Source: Patescibacteria group bacterium | GTDB taxonomy: Bacteria > Patescibacteriota > Minisyncoccia > Phycocordibacterales > SBAW01 | Assembly (NCBI GenBank): GCA_030916835.1 | Contig: JAUPWA010000040.1 | Span: forward strand, 1-25,309 | Reading direction: 5' to 3' | Length of the DNA: 25,309 nucleotides | In this document: piece by piece, positions 25,255 through 25,309 of the stretch | Position numbering within the stretch: position 1 is the first letter of the stretch | How the letters are laid out: every line of letters starts with the position of its first letter | Notes under the pieces: generated by a model | The model's input: the letters and a program-made list of their open reading frames with translations, nothing else | Told to the model about the DNA's origin: nothing | Database searches by the model: none | Made by a program: the position numbers and the translations under genes

Positions 25255-25309
25255 GGTGTGGTAGAGGTTTGAGTCGCTGCCCATTGTCGTAACAAATGCT
25301 TAGCGAGGT

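Noticed and set aside
1-25309. Alternative genetic code (TGA read-through as in Gracilibacteria/Absconditabacteria), prophage or mobile element
   Set aside because: TGA terminates eno and pyk at the expected positions. No integrase, transposase, phage structural gene, tRNA or att-like repeat was recognised.
25255-25309. Possible 3' end of a convergent gene at the window edge
   Set aside because: Too little sequence to choose a frame or product.

Overview
Gene-dense bacterial window read with the standard code (TGA is a stop; ATGA overlaps at 14017 and 14811). Gene content and style suggest a Patescibacteria/CPR (Parcubacteria-like) genome, which is an inference and not a marker-gene result. 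Left part: a minus-strand putative operon of class II (adenosylcobalamin-dependent) ribonucleotide reductase with an ATP-cone, PduO adenosyltransferase, a small DUF4430-type protein with an apparent 1-nt frameshift, a DUF6580/S-component-like membrane protein, and a large secreted DUF4430 + alpha/alpha-barrel protein. Together these look like a compact B12 capture-import-activate-use module with no recognisable transport ATPase, cobalamin riboswitch or NrdR box. A Cys-rich ArsR regulator is divergent from it across two pseudo-palindromic boxes. Downstream of arsR lies a ~230-nt stretch that folds almost completely into five consecutive hairpins, flanked by a promoter-like element and a U-tract; I cannot assign it to a known RNA family. 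The middle holds surface and cell-wall proteins, a stand-alone SWIB protein, and an eno-pyk-gpmA-D-hydroxyacid dehydrogenase operon whose pyruvate kinase lacks both the lid (B) and C domains. The right part holds a MacAB/LolCDE-like ABC system, a GT-C glycosyltransferase, an FNR-like reductase, DedA, secreted Ser/Thr-rich proteins, a small Zn-ribbon protein and MliC. Many start codons lie 6-8 nt after a TAnnnT -10 box, suggesting widespread leaderless mRNAs. No tRNA, rRNA, CRISPR array or transposase was seen. All family calls come from motif recognition by eye; no database searches were run.
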